Below are positions 59,842 through 64,000 of a stretch of 64,000 nucleotides of DNA, one piece after another (within the stretch, counting starts at the first letter, position 1; every line of letters begins with the position of its first letter). A program made the position numbers and the translations under genes. Below the pieces are notes generated by a model. The model was not told the origin of the DNA, did not search any database, and saw only the letters and a list, made by a program, of their open reading frames with translations. This stretch comes from an uncultured delta proteobacterium (GTDB lineage Bacteria > Desulfobacterota > Binatia > Binatales > Binataceae). The stretch covers positions 1,216,001-1,280,000 of the forward strand of contig CAWCDG010000004.1 of assembly GCA_963794325.1 (NCBI GenBank), read 5' to 3'.

Positions 59842-60198
59842 TCAAGCTCTTAGCTTGCGACGCTTGATTGATTCGCCCAAAGAGTCGACGCCCTCCTGCT
59901 TTTTCATCTTCTCAAGCTTCGCGTCACTCCGATAGCCAGGTGCAAATTCAGATCCATACTCCTTCCTGAGAGTACGTACCCGGGTGTCTCCGCGCTTCTT
60001 TTCGGTGGTTCCGTCCGTGTCTCGATGGCGGCCGTCCAGTCCTCTGCGCATTCGTACACGCGGCTCAGATGTATCGGCCGCAATGATTCCTTCCACCAAC
60101 TTTTCGAGTTTCTTCTGGCGCGATTTCGAAATGCCTAGTTCTTTTGCGACGTCGTCGATAGATGGGAAAGGAGTGGTGATTAGAACTCTCTTATTCAC
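59842..60198 (-). CDS. Small basic protein with HTH-like N-terminus
   Basis: DDVAKELGIS; R.RD.DG...KRGDT...TLRK.YG..FA.G.RSD..L. Confidence 0.7.
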   Translation of the reverse strand: MNKRVLITTPFPSIDDVAKELGISKSRQKKLEKLVEGIIAADTSEPRVRMRRGLDGRHRDTDGTTEKKRGDTRVRTLRKEYGSEFAPGYRSDAKLEKMKKQEGVDSLGESIKRRKLRA

Positions 60199-60204
60199 AA
60201 TTTG

Positions 60205-60234
60205 AGGTTACCGATCTAGACAACCGCTTGTCAA
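60205..60234 (-). promoter_or_regulatory. Sigma70-like promoter with overlapping palindromic operator
   Basis: TTGACA-18-TAACCT, 6 nt before the GTG start; GACAA-CCGC-TTGTC palindrome overlaps the -35. Confidence 0.55.
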
Positions 60235-60262
60235 AGTTGCGTCAATCCCGGCCGGCACAGGG

Positions 60263-60745
60263 TTATTCTGAGCCGTGGGGATAGAAATTCAGAAACTGGA
60301 ATCGATCGCCCGGTTTGATTCCATTTTTAGCGCAGAAACCGCCGTTCACTTCGAGCACATACTCTGAGGCGCCCCCAACGCTGAGCAGTTTATCGGAAAA
60401 CGGCTCCGCGTTAGCGACGATTCCCGTCACCCGGCCCGACGCGTCAGCGAAAATCATGTCGAGCGGGATCGGCGTATTGTGCATCCAGAAATTGCGCGGC
60501 GCTGAATCCGGGAAGACAAAGATCATTCCGGCGTTGTCGTCGAGATGCTTGCGAAACATCAGGCCCACTTCGCGCTGCGGCCCGGTGCTTGCAACTTCGA
60601 CTGCGACCGTGGCGCGCGGCTTGCCGTCGGCCGCGACGATTGAGACGCAGGGACCGCGCGCGCATCCGAGTAACGCGAGCAGAACGATGCCGAACGCGAA
60701 TGGGGTTATCCGGGCGCGAGCGCGACGATGCAAAGTTTCTGTCAT
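60263..60745 (-). CDS. DUF192 family protein
   Basis: VEVA......GLMFR, GM.F.F, FWM.NT.IPLDMIF, YVLEVNGG. Confidence 0.92.
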   Translation of the reverse strand: MTETLHRRARARITPFAFGIVLLALLGCARGPCVSIVAADGKPRATVAVEVASTGPQREVGLMFRKHLDDNAGMIFVFPDSAPRNFWMHNTPIPLDMIFADASGRVTGIVANAEPFSDKLLSVGGASEYVLEVNGGFCAKNGIKPGDRFQFLNFYPHGSE

Positions 60746-60780
60746 GGCTCGCCGCAATCTAGCGCGTCGATGAGGGAAAA

Positions 60781-60803
60781 TCACAGGCTAAAGCCTGTGC
60801 CAC
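60781..60803. repeat. REP-like hairpin CACAGGCTAAAGCCTGTG
   Basis: Short imperfect palindrome just 3' of the MFS stop. Confidence 0.45.
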
Positions 60804-60807
60804 CAAA

Positions 60808-62124
60808 TCAGTTCACGTTGGCCTCGGGCGAGATCTCTTCGAGCTCGCGACCCGAGGTCTCCGGGAAGAACCACAGGATGGCCGGCGCGATCATCCAAAA
60901 GACGGTCAAGTAGCAGACTGATCGCGAAAGGGAGCCGGTCAGATTGTACAGCACACCTTCGAAGAAGAGACCGAGTGCGCCGCCCGTGGTTCCAGCGATC
61001 GCGAGGGCGCTCCCTGCGGTCGAGCGATAGGAGGTTGGAAACAGCTCCGCGCTATACGCGCTAAGGATCATGCTTGCGGCAAAATCGAAAAATGTCTGCA
61101 ATATCCACGCAGGCACGATTGACCATCCCGAAGCGGTGTACATCCAGATGGTCAACAACGGCGACAAGAACAGAAATGCGGTGCCCATGATGCGCCGCCC
61201 GAAACGATCGCTCATCCGGCCGGCGACAATCGAACCGACGATCCCGAGTGCGCCACCGAGGAAAAACAACGACGAGACGTTTGCGGGCGACCAATGATGC
61301 GCGTCCTGCAGGAACTTCGGGAACAGAAAGCCTGAAGCGTTGCCACCCATATTACTCAGGAATGCGATCGAGAGCATCATGGCCAAGCGTTTGGGATACG
61401 CGGTGTACAACTGCGCGAGCGGTTCCCAAATTTTCGCCGGCTTGAGTCCTTCGAGCTTTTCCTTCTCGAAGCGCGCGCTTTCCGGCAGCACGCGGCGCAG
61501 CGGTATAACGACTGCCAACGGAATGAGCGCTATCGCATACATCCCACGCCAGCCGTAGGGAATCATGTTGATAAAAGCGAACGCGATAGCGGCGAGGCCG
61601 TAGCCGATCGAAGATACGGAAGCCAGAAGGCCAATCGCCCAGCCTCGATAGGCCGCGTCGACTTCCTCCGCGACTATCACCATCGCGATCGCGGCTTCTG
61701 CACCCGCGAAAGCGCGGGCAATGATTTCGAAAACGACGAAAGTCCGCTCGTTCGGAGCGATCGCAATCAGGCCGGTAAAAATCGTGTAGCCGACAACCGT
61801 GTAGAGCAGCAGGCGGCGCCGACCGAAGACGTCGGCGAAGGGGGTCATAAGGAGAGAGAGCAGATAGCCTAGCCGGATCACAGAGAGCATCGCGCCCAGG
61901 TGCGACTCGGCTATTTTCAAACTGGACTGGATTTGCTTGAGAGCGAGACTCAACAGCGCGCGATCGTACTGGTCGAAGAATCCCGCGGTCGATGCGATCC
62001 AGAATACGCGTCGCTGCCGCCTGGTGAACGGCGGCGTTCTGCCGAGGAAGCCAAGGTGGATACTCTTGCGGTCCTCATCCACAGTCTCCGGACCGGGCTC
62101 TACGATGATTGCGGGATCGCTCAT
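60808..62124 (-). CDS. MFS transporter
   Basis: AD.FGRR motif twice, ELFPT..RSTA, PET. Confidence 0.93.
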   Translation of the reverse strand: MSDPAIIVEPGPETVDEDRKSIHLGFLGRTPPFTRRQRRVFWIASTAGFFDQYDRALLSLALKQIQSSLKIAESHLGAMLSVIRLGYLLSLLMTPFADVFGRRRLLLYTVVGYTIFTGLIAIAPNERTFVVFEIIARAFAGAEAAIAMVIVAEEVDAAYRGWAIGLLASVSSIGYGLAAIAFAFINMIPYGWRGMYAIALIPLAVVIPLRRVLPESARFEKEKLEGLKPAKIWEPLAQLYTAYPKRLAMMLSIAFLSNMGGNASGFLFPKFLQDAHHWSPANVSSLFFLGGALGIVGSIVAGRMSDRFGRRIMGTAFLFLSPLLTIWMYTASGWSIVPAWILQTFFDFAASMILSAYSAELFPTSYRSTAGSALAIAGTTGGALGLFFEGVLYNLTGSLSRSVCYLTVFWMIAPAILWFFPETSGRELEEISPEANVN

Positions 62125-62128
62125 TGGA

Positions 62129-63325
62129 TTAGTCGATTGCCATCGGCAGTGAACCGAGGCCGCGCAAAAAATACGATCCTTTGTAGGCAGGTTTCATTGC
62201 AAGATCTTTTAGTCTGAGCCGCGGAAAGCGATCGAACATCGCCTCGAACGCGAGTAGCGCTTCCATCCGCGCGAGCGGCGCGCCGATGCAGAAATGGATT
62301 CCCTCGCCGAACGCGATATGTTCATTGGGATCGCGCGTGATGTCGAAACTTTCGGGATTCTTGAATTGCGCGGGGTCGCGATCCGCCGCGGCGACGATCA
62401 TCATCGCGAAGGCGCCCGCGGGAATCTCGCTTCCGCCGAGCTGTACCGGCTGTTTGGTGAATCGCACCGTCGATTGCACGGGGCCGTCGTAACGCAGCAT
62501 TTCTTCGATCGCGCGCGGCAGCATCGCAGGGTCGCGCTTGAGTGCCTCGAACTGATCGGGATGACGCCCGAGCGCGAGCGTGCCGTTGCCGATCAGATTC
62601 GTCGTCGTTTCGTTGCCCGCAACCAGCAGCAGCGTCACGAAGCTGAGCAGATCCGCCGCCGACATCACCTCGCCTTCGTCATGCGCGGCGACGAGAGCAC
62701 TGACCAGGTCGGGTCCGGGATTCGAGCGGCGCTTTTCGATCTCGGCGGTGAAGTAGTCGCCTAGTTCGTCGATCGCGCGGATGGTGGCAGGCGGTTGTGG
62801 AGAACCGGGAACATTGTTGTCGCCGCCGATAATCGTGTCGGACCAATGCTTGAACTTCGCGTTCAACTCCGGCGGCACGCCGAGCATCTCCGCGATCACC
62901 GTGACCGGCAGCACGTTGGCGAGATCCGCCATCACATCGAAGGAGCCTTTCGCTTCGACCTTATCGAGCAGCTCCTTTGCGATCTCGCGGATGCGCGGCT
63001 CGAGCTCGCGGATTCGGCGCGGCGTGAAGTCGCGGGACACCAGCCGTCGCAGTCGCGAATGTTGCGGCGGATCGGAACCCAGCATATTGCGCGAGCCCGC
63101 GAAGCGGCCCTGATAGGCCTGAGGCGGTGGCGGCGGCCCCACGCTCGAGAAATGCTCATGGTCGCGAAGAGCGGCGGTGACGTCGGCGTAGCGCGCCACC
63201 AGCGCGAAGGTCATTGGGCCCATATTTAGGATAGGCGGCGGACCGGCCAGCAGCGGAGCGTAGTGCGGATATGGATTGGCCCGAAATTCGGGATCCCAAA
63301 TGTTGAAATAAACTTCCGCTGCCAT
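62129..63325 (-). CDS. Cytochrome P450
   Basis: AGNETT, EE.LR, FGEGIHFCIG. Confidence 0.96.
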   Translation of the reverse strand: MAAEVYFNIWDPEFRANPYPHYAPLLAGPPPILNMGPMTFALVARYADVTAALRDHEHFSSVGPPPPPQAYQGRFAGSRNMLGSDPPQHSRLRRLVSRDFTPRRIRELEPRIREIAKELLDKVEAKGSFDVMADLANVLPVTVIAEMLGVPPELNAKFKHWSDTIIGGDNNVPGSPQPPATIRAIDELGDYFTAEIEKRRSNPGPDLVSALVAAHDEGEVMSAADLLSFVTLLLVAGNETTTNLIGNGTLALGRHPDQFEALKRDPAMLPRAIEEMLRYDGPVQSTVRFTKQPVQLGGSEIPAGAFAMMIVAAADRDPAQFKNPESFDITRDPNEHIAFGEGIHFCIGAPLARMEALLAFEAMFDRFPRLRLKDLAMKPAYKGSYFLRGLGSLPMAID

Positions 63326-63337
63326 GAATGCTCCCGC

Positions 63338-64000
63338 TTAGTCAGTCGCCATTGTGAGAGACGCCAATCCGCGAAGGAAGTAGGAACCTTTGTAGGTCAC
63401 CGGCGCGGCGGCGTCCTTCAGACGCAGGCGTGGAAAACGCTCGAGCATCGCGGCGATCGCGATCGCACCTTCTATCCGGGCCAGCGGCGCGCCGATACAA
63501 AAGTGGATGCCCTCGCCGAGCGCGACGTGATCGCGAGGCGGGCGCGTGATGTCGAAGCGATCGGGATCTTCGAACTGCGCGGGGTCGCGATTCGCGGCGG
63601 CCAGAATTATGAAGCATCCGTGATTGGCCGGGATATCAGTCCCGCCCAGATTTACGTCTTCCCTGGTGAAACGAATCGTGGATTGCACCGGTCCGTCGAA
63701 GCGCAGGATCTCTTCGATCGCGCGCGGCATCAGTTCAGGAGTGTCGCGAAGCAGATTCATCTGTGCCGGGTTGCGGCCGAGCGCGAGCATCCCGTTGCCG
63801 ATCAGATTGGTGGTGGTTTCGTTGCCGGCCAGCAGCAGGAGCAGCACGAAGGCGAGCAATTCGTCGGCGTTCATCGCCTCGGCGTCGTCGTGGGCGGCGA
63901 CCAGCGCGCTAATCAGGTCAGGGCCGGGAGTTTTGCGGCGCCGCTCGATCTCGTCGGCGAAATAGGTCCGCAGCGCATTTTTGGCGGTATGAAATTCCTC
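63338..64000 (-). CDS. Cytochrome P450 (5' part outside the window)
   Basis: AGNETT, EEILR, LGEGIHFCIG; the frame stays open to the window end. Confidence 0.93.
   Translation of the reverse strand, partial: EEFHTAKNALRTYFADEIERRRKTPGPDLISALVAAHDDAEAMNADELLAFVLLLLLAGNETTTNLIGNGMLALGRNPAQMNLLRDTPELMPRAIEEILRFDGPVQSTIRFTREDVNLGGTDIPANHGCFIILAAANRDPAQFEDPDRFDITRPPRDHVALGEGIHFCIGAPLARIEGAIAIAAMLERFPRLRLKDAAAPVTYKGSYFLRGLASLTMATD

Overview
GC-rich bacterial chromosomal window, mostly housekeeping and metabolic genes. The gene style suggests an aerobic soil lineage such as Binatota, but that is inference only. Core content: a Fur-boxed cupredoxin/heme-binding/outer-membrane operon, an MltD-like transglycosylase, glnE, a cobalamin riboswitch-btuB plus cobU/cobS/cobT/bluB salvage locus, tpx, LemA/TPM, a TetR-SDR-GST cluster, tRNA-Ala(GGC), a RES-Xre toxin-antitoxin pair, recN, nadK, nfo, trpS, proS, a Dpp-type ABC set, pccB/accC/BCCP/methylmalonyl-CoA mutase, an MFS transporter and two P450s. 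Four things stand out. (1) A 3.35-kb transposase-free element (40777-44126) is bounded by two inverted ~78-bp MITE-like units, has an 8-10 bp target duplication, and sits inside a REP-like repeat. It carries a coupled four-gene operon: small MGSSG- protein, PfkB-kinase/nucleoside-deoxyribosyltransferase fusion, QueC-like enzyme and HhH-GPD glycosylase. This is a candidate undescribed deazaguanine-based defence system. (2) Two selenoproteins are split or missed by the ORF track: PrdB/GrdB-like (UxxC) and SelW/Rdx-like (CxxU), each with a SECIS-like hairpin. (3) Three tandem secreted collagen-like paralogs are followed by a di-heme cytochrome c peroxidase-like protein. (4) A small HTH plus NDT-like two-gene module has a leaderless-type promoter. 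Frame breaks in cobS, proS and the 59.8-kb gene are probably assembly indels.
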